A stretch of 64,000 nt of DNA from Tubiluchus corallicola (Eukaryota; Animalia; Priapulida): the NCBI GenBank assembly GCA_030141605.1, contig JAQGDQ010000005.1, positions 62,001 to 126,000 on the forward strand, given 5' to 3'. A model generated the notes under the pieces. That model ran no database searches. It was not told the origin of the DNA and worked only from the letters and a program-made list of their open reading frames with translations. Position 1 is the first letter of the stretch, and each line of letters starts with the position of its first letter. This document shows positions 1 to 13,030 of the stretch, piece by piece. A program made the translations under genes and the position numbers.

Positions 1-163
1 TTTAATTTTTCTAAATCCAAACATTCTACTTTTTCACTAGAGGATTGCAATCATTTTAGATAATTGCTTACAGATCCTTCCGCGTGGCTATAAATTATAT
101 GCTGCACAATACGCTACCAATGTAATAAACATAGCTGCACAGTGTGCATTTAATAACAACGTA

Positions 164-168
<5 letters not shown>

Positions 169-228
<60 letters not shown>

Positions 229-235
229 GATAATA

Positions 236-289
<54 letters not shown>
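169..289. repeat. (AAT)n/(ATT)n head-to-head microsatellite palindrome
   Basis: (TAA)n 169-228, ~9-bp spacer, (TTA)n 238-289. Confidence 0.95.
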
Positions 290-290
<1 letters not shown>

Positions 291-339
291 ACAATAATAA
301 TACATTATAGTAATTATTATGATTAAAGATTATACATAC

Positions 340-445
340 TCAACATTCATGAAAAACCCAGACAGCATGACCAGAGGTAGATTTAAAGGTGCAAACACTG
401 CAGTGGCAATAGTTTGGTTCGGGGCTGCACAGCCAACCATGAAAC
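340..445 (-). CDS. white-like ABCG transporter, exon 14 (TMD; gene continues beyond left edge)
   Basis: aaaag|GT TTC ATG...AAT GTT GA|gtatgt; translates GFMVGCAAPNQTIATAVFAPLNLPLVMLSGFFMNV, a typical ABCG TM5 region; phase agrees with the upstream exon. Confidence 0.88.
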
Positions 446-740
446 CTTTTTGAAAAAATGTAAGATTATTACGTAATGTACTTATACTTAAATCGTGTTC
501 TTATATTTAAGATCACTTGCTCATTATTGCATAAACATTGCAGAAATTACATCTTGAGTACAAAATAAAATCACAAATTATTATTTTTTGTCTATTTATG
601 TAGGAATGAATACAAGTAGTTGTAAGGGATATGTTTCCAGTTCTGGATCTAAACTACCTGTACACAACTACAAACATTATAAATTAGTGTGAAACGATTA
701 ATATTAGGTATTAAGTTAGCAGCTTTGGAAATTAGCATAC

Positions 741-818
741 CACATGCCAGCGATGTTTGAGCGATCATTCCATAAATTAGTAGAGCCCAGAAGAACTTCA
801 CTGCTTCTCGTTCAAGAC
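741..818 (-). CDS. white-like ABCG transporter, exon 13
   Basis: tttaag|GT CTT...GCA TGT G|gtatgc; GLEREAVKFFWALLIYGMIAQTSLAC; phase 1/1. Confidence 0.88.
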
Positions 819-1187
819 CTTAAATTGAGATTCATATTATAACTACATAGTGTTTTTTTTTATCTTGCTGAATACTTAGTTCACAATAAGTCATCATGTT
901 ACAAAAACTGCTACACGTATAAAAGCAGAAAAAGCTGGTAAGTTTAAAACTGTATTTAAAAAAAACGAAGGTAGAAGAAGTCTTACTTCCTTACTGGTCA
1001 TTTTTGTATTGTTTTAATGATGCGTATCTACTTGTGGATATTGTTATAACTTGTTGTAGTATTTTTTGTGCATGTATATTTTTCCTTAATTGCGACTGAT
1101 TTTTTTTGTACAGTGATTTACCGGACTATTCATAACATCTTTCTGGTCGATGCTTACTTGAAACACTTTTAATGTTTGGTTACCTAC

Positions 1188-1338
1188 CCGTCATCCAGTA
1201 GGTAATACTAACGTAGAGTATTACTTCAACCACCAAATACAGAGCTTGTACAATAGTTTTTGTTGCATAAAACACGGTAGATCTCAACATCCCAGACTCA
1301 TACTCACGAAAAAATAAGTCTGCAGCAACGGGAAGGGC
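1188..1338 (-). CDS. white-like ABCG transporter, exon 12
   Basis: ttttcag|GCC...ACG G|gtaggt; ALPVAADLFFREYESGMLRSTVFYATKTIV...ITYWMTG (ABCG F-x-RE-xx-SG motif). Confidence 0.9.
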
Positions 1339-1642
1339 CTGAAAATGTGCACAACAATATAAAGGAACTTGTGATTAGTCGTATCATATTTTTTTTGAAA
1401 AAGAATTAATTCTAAAAAATATCAGTCTGAGTTGCAGGCAGCACTTCCTTATCACTAAGCTAGTAGTACTTGCCTCACTGCTTTGGATAAAAAGACTCAA
1501 TATATATAGTTTCTTTTTGGTTAAAATTTTACATTAGCAACAGTAGTGAATAAAACAGCCACAATCAATAACAATAATATTTTTGCATCATTATTGTGTA
1601 AAGCATAAATGCACATTATACTGAATACATTACGCAACTTAC

Positions 1643-1774
1643 TGGAAGAACTTGAAATGCTGTAGTAAATGTCATCTCTGCACCAATATTAAACATCGCA
1701 CCATTCAAATTCATAACTCCTTTCTGATCAAGACTTTGATTGAGAAATATCAAACCAATTACAAGAGAAAGTAC
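1643..1774 (-). CDS. white-like ABCG transporter, exon 11
   Basis: gtgtag|GTA...CCA|gtaagt; VLSLVIGLIFLNQSLDQKGVMNLNGAMF resembles the white-family IGLIFLGQ..Q.GVMNINGA.F motif. Confidence 0.92.
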
Positions 1775-3009
1775 CTACACAAAATCATAAAGCATTTAAT
1801 AATGATTAATAACTATATAACCTCTTTGTAGGACAAAATCAATTTCTCAGCATGCAGGTTTGTCTTTTTAGAGTCTTATAGGTTTATAGGTTTATCTGGG
1901 TCTTGCAAGCCTACAAAGAATAGAGATGGCTATAAGAGAAACCGCACGAAACAGTTTTGACAATAGGTACATGTTAATGTTTGGAAGCACAAAATGAGAT
2001 GTCTGTTTAATTAGCCACTAGATTACATATCTCATTTTTACATAACATTAAAACTCCACGGGTTTTTTTTGCGTATTATTCTCCAAATTTAACACATGCG
2101 TATTTAGTATACAGGCTACCTAACCTACAGTGAAATAACTTATAAATAGAAAAAGAAAGTGTAAGGAGTTTAATATCAATTGTTTGGCACCTTTAGTTAC
2201 GGTTACTATCAAGATTAACAGGTTCGTATCCTAAGATCAAAGCCTTTGTTTATTCCTATCAAAACAGAATATTTACTGTCATCAAATACACAACACGTCT
2301 TTTTCTTAAGATTGGAATACGACAAAAGTAATATAATATTGGTCAGAAAGGGAGGGCTGCATGCACCAGCGTTGTATTGCTGTGGTGATATTGTAGCGTC
2401 TTGTTTGAGCTTAGGATGACAGGTCAGTACAAAGCTAACTTATACAGTAACTTAAACAGTATACTTATACAGTTTTCAGCATGTAAGAAGGAAATGTGCA
2501 ATGCACAAAATGCGCGTAAGTACCGAACAGTACAGAGTGTCTGTTATCATTAAACAAGACGAAAATATATAAAATAGTCACACACATCCAGAAAACCTCA
2601 ATTTGACATGAAGACAAAGGAAACCCGAAAGACCTACTGACCCACGCTTTTATGTCGCACCAAGTGGCCTGCAAAATGAAACAGGTTGGGAATTTATGGC
2701 CGCAAGAAATTGAAAGCTTATGAAAATCAACACACTATCTCTTACTTCTTGTTATTCCTTCCAAATAACCAACAGACCGGGAGGTTTTGAAACCCGTAAA
2801 ACAAAGATTGCTCCAAAAACGTACAGAAGTGCACTCACGCGCAAGCTGTTCATTTTTACACTTTTTCTCATTTCTCTCATTAGTTGCCAGAACAACGGCA
2901 AACTGAACAACAAAACGCCCTCCTGTGAGGATTTTGCATGAGACAAATTACTGCATAATAGGGGCGTAAAAAGCTAATAGGTTCAAGACCCAAAGCCTGC
3001 TAAACTTAC

Positions 3010-3144
3010 CACTCTCCTTCCTAATCGCATAGCCAACAGTGCAGGAACCCTCACATCACCAAGAATGCATCGTCGAAAATTAGCTGCAAACTGTGTAAGC
3101 CAAGAAGTCTTGTAGGATGGGCGTTTGGCTATGTCAGCTTTAAA
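3010..3144 (-). CDS. white-like ABCG transporter, exon 10
   Basis: ctatag|TTT...GTG|gtaagt; YKTSWLTQFAANFRRC (ABCG Y-x-x-S-W-x-x-Q-F connector). Confidence 0.9.
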
Positions 3145-3252
3145 CTATAGAAACGATAAAGTATACATTTACATTACACGTAAACTTAGTTTAGACTTTA
3201 AGATAATGTATAAATGTATCAATGACGAATTATTTTATTGGAAACCTATTAC

Positions 3253-3345
3253 CTTTTGGATTTGATCTTTTGCTTTGCTACTGTTCATAATAGCAGCTGT
3301 CACTTCTGCAGAGTTCTGTGATTTTTCAAAAGTACTTGCAACTAT
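3253..3345 (-). CDS. white-like ABCG transporter, exon 9 (linker)
   Basis: ctctag|ATA GTT...CAA AAG|gtaata; open 31-codon phase 0/0 exon IVASTFEKSQNSAEV... Confidence 0.8.
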
Positions 3346-4268
3346 CTAGAGTAAACAAAAATTTTAACTTCATCTTTAGCTTCATTGTCTTCATGGTCAT
3401 TAGTATTGTCACCAATTCCATCGTCAACATCATTGTGGCTTTGCATGAATTAAATAGTTATGCTTGCGATGCCAACCCTAGCTACTTATGTATGCTGACG
3501 GTTTGAAAGAGAGTACACTATTTGACTTTGTATGTTTGTCCATTCGTTTGTCCATATGCTTAACCTTTTGCTTAAGACACAAAACATACAAAAACAAGGT
3601 TCAACGAAAATCTTAAGCGTCTGACCAAAAGAGCAAGACGAAGCTAGAGCTAGGTTCCGGTTTCGCCACAAATATCATCGTTGAGTAGATCTTGCTGTTG
3701 AATGCTGGATTCTGGCTTACAGTCTACCGAAGTGCATGAAAAACTTAAGCTTTGAATTAAACTTGCTACTTAAGCTTTGAATACATACATTATTACCTTG
3801 TGGCTAACATTTTTAGCAATGCTTTGCACTTTGATATATCAAAGATTTCTCCTACTAATAGTGAGAGTTAGTAACAAAGTTACGGATGGCTGATGTTGGT
3901 AACTTAAAGAAACTGTTCACCTTGAAGAAGGTGAAAATTTCATACACCATGATCATTATAAAGGTGGGTTTGAGTATCATTACTCTTTACAGAATACTTC
4001 ACAGCAGTATTGTCCAATTTAAAAATAATATAAGAAACCAAAAATCGCTCCTAGACACTTAAAAATCGTATTTTTGGAGTTTTATATTAAACTAGTAGCT
4101 ATAACTGATATGAGAACATTATCACATATTTAATAATCATCATAGCTGAGTACTATAATAGCCTTCTTAACGGCTGTTCGTCCTTGATCTAGCAAATGCT
4201 AATATTAGTTTTATAAAAACGGTATGTTTAAAAGTTTTGATAACTAATAAAGCAGTTCATGAGCTTAC

Positions 4269-4371
4269 ATCAATAAATTCATTTGACTCGTTCTCCTTTC
4301 CAGGAATGACTGCAAGTTCACCAATATAGTAATCGGCTGGATTATAATCATCAGGACAATGACGATCTAAT
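4269..4371 (-). CDS. white-like ABCG transporter, exon 8
   Basis: tttcag|A TTA...GAT|gtaagc; HCPDDYNPADYYIGELAVIPGKE (ABCG NPADF-type motif). Confidence 0.93.
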
Positions 4372-4722
4372 CTGAAATGCAATAACAACAGATGCATCAC
4401 TACTTGATGTCTTATCGTATATTAAAATTCTAGCTCGGTATAGAATTAAGCGCATTAAGTTTTAACTGGCTATATCTGAATGTGTTATTTAGATACGTAC
4501 GTACTTGTTATGTTTAAAGCAAGATAATAACTAAGTACTAAGATCACTTTCATATATCCCTAGTTTAGCTATTGTCATAAAGACATAGACATTCCTTCAA
4601 TTATTATCTGAAAAGAAATTTGAATAAATACTATCAAGATTTTGCTAAATTATTGTTTCACTCTCATGAACTTGTTTTTGCAAGTTTTGCAATTAGCATG
4701 ACTAAATTAATTTAATACAAAC

Positions 4723-4794
4723 TTGCTGAAGAATTTCAAGCATTCGTCTCTGGATCCGAGAAAAGCTGTTTTTCCTTCGGCCAAGAAAAGAACC
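4723..4794 (-). CDS. white-like ABCG transporter, exon 7
   Basis: tttcag|G GTT...AGC AA|gtttgt; VLFLAEGKTAFLGSRDECLKFFS. Confidence 0.92.
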
Positions 4795-5119
4795 CTGAAA
4801 CGAGAGAATTAAATTTGACGTTGTTCAAAATAAGTGGGTGCGTTGCAACATAAAAATACTGTAATAGTAACAAAACTTTTGTAACGAGTATCAGAAAATT
4901 ATTTTTAGCCTAGACATTGAATAAAAGCTTAGAGCTCGTATTACCCACCACCCATGCCCACCATTTCCTGTATAAGCAATTCATTTTACTAACGCTTATC
5001 AGAACATAGATTTCAAATTTACATTTTGATCCAAAATGCATGTCAAGGGATGTGTTTGTACTGCTTTCATTAACAAAGTGAACTATTGCACAAAAAAGTG
5101 AAGTTAACATTTTTCCTAC

Positions 5120-5286
5120 TTATCAAATAATGTGAACACTTCTGACGATGGCTGGTGAATCGTACACAGAATCGCTTTTCCTTTCGACGTTAATTCTCTC
5201 AAGGTAGTGACGACATTTTGAGCCATGTATGAGTCTAAGCCTGATGTCGGTTCGTCACAAAACAACAACGGAGGATTTGTTATCAA
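5120..5286 (-). CDS. white-like ABCG transporter, exon 6 (Walker B, D-loop, H-switch)
   Basis: ttctag|TTG...GAT AA|gtagga; [22 protein letters not shown]...[15 protein letters not shown]. Confidence 0.97.
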
Positions 5287-5744
5287 CTAGAAAAGAAATG
5301 CACTCGTAGAAATTAATTCACGTCGATAGCATATACTACTTTGCTTGAAACATAATCATTTCATTTCCACTTGATTTCATAAGCGGTATGTTATTTATTT
5401 TAATTGAAACAAAAGTGAAACTGTGGAAAAACGAGCTCAGACATCGATAATTAACAGAAATTGCTTCCTGATTAATAGAGACGTAATAAGTGATGGCGTG
5501 ACCAATTTAGATAATATCACTTAGCCTGAAATAAAAAAACAGCTCCCATGAATGAGCTTTGTAAACAAAGAGTTTATAACATTTTTAGCATATTAAGAAC
5601 GTGAATATGTAACATGAATAAATTGGTATATTAAAATTATCATATATTGGCGATGCATGAAAATATTTGCATAAGAAACATTTATATTATATACATTTTA
5701 ACAAGATAATATACATTATTCAAGGGTTTGCAAAATCATATTAC

Positions 5745-5840
5745 CTCAGAAGCAAAAGATAAACGTCTTCGTTCTCCCCCTGAAATGCCATGAGAACCAG
5801 CTTCGCCAATAATCGTACCAGCACACTTGTTCAAGCCGAG
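5745..5840 (-). CDS. white-like ABCG transporter, exon 5 (ABC signature)
   Basis: tattag|CTC...GAG|gtaata; [12 protein letters not shown]...[15 protein letters not shown]. Confidence 0.96.
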
Positions 5841-5902
5841 CTAATACGAAACGTATACATATAGGTATAAATTCATCGTATCTTAGTATTACTGTCCAGC
5901 AA

Positions 5903-7277
5903 GAGGTTCGTTATGTATCGAAATGCTCATTATGTAATAATGCAATGATGAATAATTAGCTATCAGAAATGACGAATTATGTAACAAATCACAAAATTCG
6001 TCGTTATGTAACAAATTTTACATCATTAGTCAGCAATCATTATGTAACATTTTTGTGTCATTATGTAAAAATCATTATTTAACAAAAAAGGTAATGCATT
6101 ATATATAAGGTGGCTTTTGTAGTCTGTGGTTCGGTCTTGCTATGATTTGATTTGATTTAATTATTGTCAGACTTTTTTCTGTTCATGATCTAGATGTGGA
6201 TCTTGCTTTAGCTTGGCTTACCATAGGTCTAGTGTCCAATATGATGTCGAATCTGTCAGAGGTCTGGTTTGGTTAAACTTGGTGTAACAAGAGTACGCTC
6301 TTATCCAATGCATCAACGGGTAACCAACGCCTACATATAAGTTTGTCGACGCGAGAAATTAGAAAATATACCCAATTTTTTTCTGTGGTTCCCTGAGAAT
6401 TGTTTCCTCCGATCAACGTAATAACACCGAAACCAACCTCTGATCTGTGTCCCAAAGAAAATCCCATGCAAAATGTGTTGTTAGCCTGACAACTTTAGCG
6501 TATTGGTTAATCTTGAAAAAAAAATGCTTTTGCTTTTTGGCTACCCCTAACCTATATAAAAAACATACGGCCAATACTTGGCGATCAGTGCAATACAAAA
6601 TGAATGGCGCCATCGTGGAGAATATAAGCCGTCAGATGACCAATCAGGCACCTATAAGCCGTCAGATGACCAATCATTCACCTGAGAAACCCAACCTTTC
6701 AATTCCCAATATCAGCCTCGCTATGACGTCGTCACTACTTCCGTTCTATCACTACAGAAGCATTGTAGTGCCACGAGGCGCTTTACCTCTAAAGAACCTG
6801 CAGAAAACCATACCACAGGTGAAGCGTCGGTCGGAGACACATATAAAGAGACATATTTGGCTAGTCGTTCTTGTTCGACCGAACCCAGCCTCATCACACC
6901 TCCGATCAGACTTCGGACAAACCAGTCTCAATCAAACAACAGACCAGATCTTAAACAAAGCAGATCCATAACAGACCAGACCGAGCCAAAACCAACATGC
7001 AAATCTAGAGCAAAAAGAGACTGACCAATCCAATAATTAGACCACATCCAGAGAATGACAAAACCCAATCACAGACTTCGATCAACCACAGTTGTTAGTT
7101 TATTAAATAATGCATTATCTTTCGTTACATAAAGATTGATTACGTAATGCACATAATGATGTAACTGTAAGAATTGCTACAGAATGATGAAAAATTTGTA
7201 CATAATGACGAATTTGTGATGTGTTACATAACGGACTATTCTTTGTTACATATTACTCCGCTGTTACATAATGATTC
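5903..7277. mobile_element. long-TIR (foldback-like) non-autonomous element in ABCG intron 4
   Basis: About 370-bp imperfect inverted arms: CATTATGTAA arrays at 5905-6105 mirrored by TTACATAATG arrays at 7100-7277; 6110-6272 mirrors 6880-7092. Confidence 0.75.
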
Positions 7278-7731
7278 TTTTCCTACATAATGAACCTTAT
7301 AAAAAGGCTTAATTGCAAGTTTAGCAAGAGAAGCGAGCGTATTCGCTTAGTACGTATGTGACGCAGATTGACATTAAAAAATACAGTCTGGTACACGGTG
7401 AAGCTACCGGAATCTAGTAGTTACTGGTAGGACACCTTATATCGATAACGTGGCAGGACCAGGAACTCTTTCGTTATAAATGATAAAGCAAACATATAGC
7501 CACATTCAAATGCACATTTATATCCTTTTTCAACGAGAAAATAATGAAAGGCAATATTTTAAATGAAATTCTAAGGTATTCCGCTTACCCTCTTTTTGAT
7601 AAGCAGATCAGTTTTGCTTAAGATTGGTCGCTAAGCACATGCCGTTATTACTTGGCTGTTCCATCATATCGGAAAATTATATGTTACGTGTACGGTAAAT
7701 TAAAATTCATGTAAGAACGTTTGATAACTAC

Positions 7732-7803
7732 CTCACTTAATAGCTCGTCAACTCTGTTCCATTTAGCACTTGTCGGAATTTTTCCATCCATGCGCAATAA
7801 TGC
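7732..7803 (-). CDS. white-like ABCG transporter, exon 4
   Basis: ttttcag|GCA...GAG|gtagtt; ALLRMDGKIPTSAKWNRVDELLSE. Confidence 0.92.
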
Positions 7804-8188
7804 CTGAAAAAGTGTTCATAAGTATATGAGTCAAATTTTAATTTATGTCGCATTTAAAAACACTAAAAGCTTATAAGAGTATTTTATGATCAGCATAAAA
7901 TACGCAAATAGCGACTTAAAAATTAATTTGTTAGCGACAGCCTATATACTAGTAGTCCACTGGTTAATTTAGATTAAAATTACATTTCACGGTTTTCACT
8001 TTAGAGTAGACACACATTCCTACATCCACAATCTGTATGCACTTACGCAAAAAGCGGAATTTTCGTTCGATATTGACGGTTCAACAGATAGACGATAGCA
8101 AGCCAGGTAAAGTTGGGAGTACGCAAAATTCTTCTCATTTAGTTTGACTGTTAGACTTACTATTCAAAATTACTTCAGATTACGCTAC

Positions 8189-8375
8189 CTGGAAAATCAA
8201 ATGCTCCTTAACTCCAAGAGTTTTTATGAACATTTCGTCTTGTTGTACATACGCAGACAAATGGCGCACGTCAGTTCCAATATTCGCACCATTAATTTTT
8301 ACTTCTCCTCCAATAACAAGTCTTGTGTTGTTGCGATACGTTAGAGCGTTCATCAACGTCGATTTCCCAGCCCCA
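8189..8375 (-). CDS. white-like ABCG transporter, exon 3 (Walker A, Q-loop)
   Basis: ttgcag|T GGG...CAG|gtagcg; SGAGKSTLMNAL...SAYVQQDEMF...VKEHLIFQ. Confidence 0.96.
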
Positions 8376-8913
8376 CTGCAACAGAGTGCTAGCCTACTAG
8401 CTTGTTGATTTTTTTCAATATTACCGAATACATGACAGTTTTGATAAAAAAATTATCAAAAGTCTCGCTAAGGCGTTAAGAAATAACAAAAACTCAAAAA
8501 CAAAAGTGATAGCTATGTTGGTAAAAAAATTAATCAGAATGTAAAAAATACCAAGTTCACCAAAAATATCATAAAGACCAAGTAAAAATATAGGTGTGTA
8601 ATTCAAAGTAACAACAAGGAAAACGCGAAATTTGGAAAATTGTAGTACTTTTGAAAATGCGTATCAGAAATAATCAACAAAAAAATTTAAACTTTGTTTT
8701 CTTTAAAATTTGAACGATTACGGTGAGAAGTTACAATGCAAACCAATAGTATATATATGTAGTGATTATAATCCGTTTCAGATCATTATTAAAACTAAAA
8801 TTGTAGTCTTCAGTGCACTACAATGAGAAGAAAAACGAATTTTTATAGGAACACCAACGATGACTTTGACTTCATAATGAAGAAAGATAAAACTCAGTTC
8901 AACAACAATTTAC

Positions 8914-8962
8914 CTAGCACCCATTACTGCTAACAACGAACCAGGCTCCACAATACCACTAA
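8914..8962 (-). CDS. white-like ABCG transporter, exon 2
   Basis: ttacag|TT AGT...GCT AG|gtaaat; VSGIVEPGSLLAVMGAS, joining exon 3 to form Walker A GASGAGKST. Confidence 0.94.
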
Positions 8963-9839
8963 CTGTAAAAGAAGATAATTATGTAAACATCATGGCTTTG
9001 AGAATTAGTCACGGTTATTAATGTAACTTTTTGAGTTCCAATATGCTGATCAATAAGAACCGGGATGGATCTCATTAAGAGGGGATTATTGTAATATAAG
9101 CGATTAAAAGTAGAACAAATTGTATGTCGTAAAATCTTTTAATAACACTGTGAGTTGGCAATGTGTAAGCCTATTGTGCTTCCTGTGACTGTCTTAGTTT
9201 ACTTTAGTTTTGTTTATTTATTTGCACTTTGTAATAACACAAATTTATTTACAATAAAAGTGCTGGGAATGCCAGCGTGTATATAGCATAATGGAGTCTA
9301 TTTAAAATAGTTACTATCTTGTCTCTGTCCAATTAGTCGTGTGTGCAAGCACCCTTATGTGGTGGTGTACAATGTACACCGGTTTTGGTTGTAGTGAGTA
9401 CAGAGTGTTATGAATCCAGTTGTTAACTCGAAAAACAAGTAACGTAATTGAATGTTAGATTTAAGATACGCTACAATTTCTACTTCTAAATTACACAGAA
9501 AAACCTGTATTTATTAATTCTCACTGTTAAGTTTGTATAATTTAGTATATCGTTATAAGAACTGATTCAATTATCGTATTTTATTCTAGGACCTCTATGT
9601 CACCGCTAGAAACACCAGAACTAATAGCGCCTATAGCATCGTGAAATAAGTATCACACTAGAGTGATTCTAACTAATTAAATTACATTTAGTCAACCAAT
9701 TTGAGGCTCAAATTTAATCAAAAATATAAAAATGATTTAATTAGCTAAAATGACTCTAATGTTAGCGAACATAGGCATTGTTGAATTTGGATAGCCAGGT
9801 ACAAGAGATGAACTTTGGACTGCATTGACTAATGGTAAT

Positions 9840-9906
9840 GCAGTGGCCACGTGGTCTAAGGCGTCTGCAATGTAGGCAGAGGATCCGTGGTTAAAATTCT
9901 GGCTGC
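9840..9906 (+). pseudogene. tRNA-like relic or SINE head in ABCG intron 1
   Basis: GTGGCCACGTGGTCTAAGGCG resembles a tRNA D-arm/A box; B box degenerate (GGTTAAAATT); termini GCAG...CTGC. Confidence 0.5.
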
Positions 9907-10228
9907 ATTTTTCACACTTCCTGCCTTTCAGGTTTGGAGTCAAACTTTAATTAATTGTGGTCCGTTCTACCAGTACTTAAAGTACAAATAATATACAAAC
10001 AAAAAATGAAAAATATATGTTGACACAAAGGTTATATGACTAGCTCGAGTGCTCCATCCCTAGTTAAAAAATGTCATTAGCGATTTATGCACAGTTTTTA
10101 ATTTCCTGATTCAGCTTAGTCTGCATTTAACCTATAAGCTCCAAAGCTGGCATAACCATCAATATAAATTAATTGTGACCGATAGAAACCTGCTAGCAGC
10201 GTACTGAAATGTACAAAAAAGTACTTAC

Positions 10229-10502
10229 CATCTTTTAAAATGTGTTTAAATCTTTGCGGAGACTTTTTACAAGGCGGTCCTTTTCTTTTTAAAGGCGCAT
10301 AAACATTTAAATGTTCCCATGTCATTGTAATACATAAGCCTTCAGCTTCACTGAGTGAAAAAGTTCGCTTAGGTCGAGGTACCTCATTTTTACCAGCACT
10401 CAAACTTCCATAAGATGTCGACGGTTGCGAATCCATTATCAAACTGAACCCTTCATCAATATCCGCAAGCGACGAGGCCTGAGTCCTGAAGTTGGTAGAC
10501 AT
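10229..10502 (-). CDS. white-like ABCG transporter, first coding exon
   Basis: ATG at 10502; ...ITMTWEHLNVY...KHILKD G|gtaagt; the W-x-x-L-N-V and ILKDVSG motifs precede the ABCG NBD; the 14 exons sum to 1715 nt with consistent phases. Confidence 0.88.
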
Positions 10503-10889
10503 CGTGACAAGTTTATAACAAAATCAAACAGAGCCCTGGCGATGGGGATTTTTGATTTTATTAATTTACACTTTATCATTTATAACCTTTTAACGCGTAT
10601 CAGTTTGTATGTGAACCATTGAGGACAAACTGTTCAAAGGTTGTTAGCACTCTTATATTTGCCTGACATTCTGAATTCGAACAGAATAGAATAGAATGGA
10701 ATAGAATGTGGGTATTAAATAATAATAATATCAAGTATATTCTGTGCTGAAGTTCTGAGCCCAAAAGTAGCATGTACCATTCTATTGAGAAACCCCTTAT
10801 TTTAGTAGTAGGCGAAGGCATGATCGTTGTTGACATGATCGTTAAGCCTGCCACACATACCTAAAGTATTAGTCTAGTTCAGTTAGTAC

Positions 10890-11322
<433 letters not shown>

Positions 11323-12184
11323 GTTAGTACTTACCCAATTTATACCGTACGGACTCAGAAGGTATGTTACTATAATCCAGAAAGGTATGAAGTCGATGCG
11401 TAAGATCTGGTTACTACACCAATCGGGTCGCAAGCTATGTGAAGCTGCCATGCAGCCCTGGATTAACCATTAAACAAAATAAGCACGCGTTTAAGGCCTC
11501 GGGAGAAGAGGCGGCCCACAGTTTTTTCAAATCGAATAATTACCCAATAATAACCTGTTTAAATAACTGGTTAAGTAAATTTTTGTATTTGCGTTTTCCT
11601 TAAGAAATGAAAATGAAATCGTTTCGTGTGTCTTTGATGCATAACTTTTGTACACTATGCATTATGCTGATCTTTCATAACAAGTTGCAAAATGTTTATT
11701 GGTATCCATTTCGCATGCAGATATACTGAAAGGCTGTCCCTTTTTAAGCTATAGAGTCGTCTCTGTATTTTTATTCTAATATCACTTTTTTATGCATTTC
11801 AAACCTGATGCCCTAGAATTTAACGAAAATTAATGTAAATATACATGAATACATACATACGCTCATAAACATGAATGTAGGCCTAAATTTGAAGTCATTT
11901 TATGAGGTCACCAAGCTTTTTCACTGTTACACTTTTATGATGGTAAAAGCCTATGTGTATGAATTTCCACCAGTAGGCCTAAGTAATTTCAAATGACAGC
12001 CAATCCATGAAATGAGTTAAGACTGCACTGCTGGTAGACCTAATGAGATGTTCCTGCCCGGATTTGATTTTCCGTTACGTTTTGTCAATATATGCAATGC
12101 AGTTTTTCACAAAGTACATTACAGTAATTTTAATTTCATAAATAGTATAATTTTAGTAAATCACAGATTTGCTAGGCCTAGATT

Positions 12185-12510
12185 CAAGGCCGGATTATGA
12201 CCTTTTGGGGCCCTCTAGATTATGAATTTATGGGGACCCCTCAAAACGGGCCCTTTAGCTCAAATAAGGGGTAATAAACAAGGGCCACTTCTCTAAAATT
12301 TAGTTTTCAGACTCCCAGACCACCTTCTTTGAAATTGAAATTTTATTTTAAGTTAAATCAGTTATTCAGCAATGCAAATATTATACTTATTTTTAAAAAA
12401 CTATATTTCAGATTTTTTTAGCAGGGTCCTTCGAGTTTTTTCCCAAGTTTGAGGGGCCATCGATTGCTGTCTATACTACCTCATCTAGTCTATATAGCAA
12501 TCCAGCCCTG
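12185..12510. mobile_element. hAT-type MITE (older)
   Basis: TIR CAAGGCCGGATT...AATCCAGCCCTG; degenerate 8-bp TSD CCTAGATT/CCTACATG. Confidence 0.75.
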
Positions 12511-13030
12511 CCTACATGTGATGAAAAATTAGTAATATCAAACGCCATACCAGAAAAAGACAATGGATAAGCGTCTGTCAATTTCTTTATGGTATTTTAA
12601 TTTACACTGTAAAAATTGAATCAATAATGATAAACGTCTCAGTCAAGGTTGATTCGTTAGTGGTCACCATCGCTTTTTCCTTTGCCATAATGTTAATCAT
12701 TTGCCTTTTTGCACCATTTTTAAGTTATACAACAGTAATTAACAGTCTTGAAAGTGATTATTCGCGTGAATTTTGTCTCTCACCATGCTTTTAAACATAG
12801 TAGCACTTTTTGAGAAAGTGGCGGCCGATGAATTATTTATATAAAATTTATCTCCGTAGGAGATACCACAAAATTACGTCTAGTTTAGGACTAGGTCACC
12901 TGTGCAATTTTAGCCTATGCAGTCTACAGCACCTGACTGTTCGTAGATAAATACATGATCACAGCCTCTTTCAGGTGTAAATTAAGGGAACCTGACAGTT
13001 CCAATGCTAGTTCGAGTTGTTTGAACTCAT

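Noticed and set aside
4720-4730. GC-AG donor (A|GCAAGT) at the end of ABCG exon 7
   Set aside because: The canonical GT donor 4 nt further on gives the phase 2 required by exon 8.
6447-6971. 174-aa ORF with repeated ISRQMTN
   Set aside because: It has a non-ATG start, lies inside the foldback element antisense to an intron, the repeat is just the 30-bp DNA duplication, and it has no recognisable domain.
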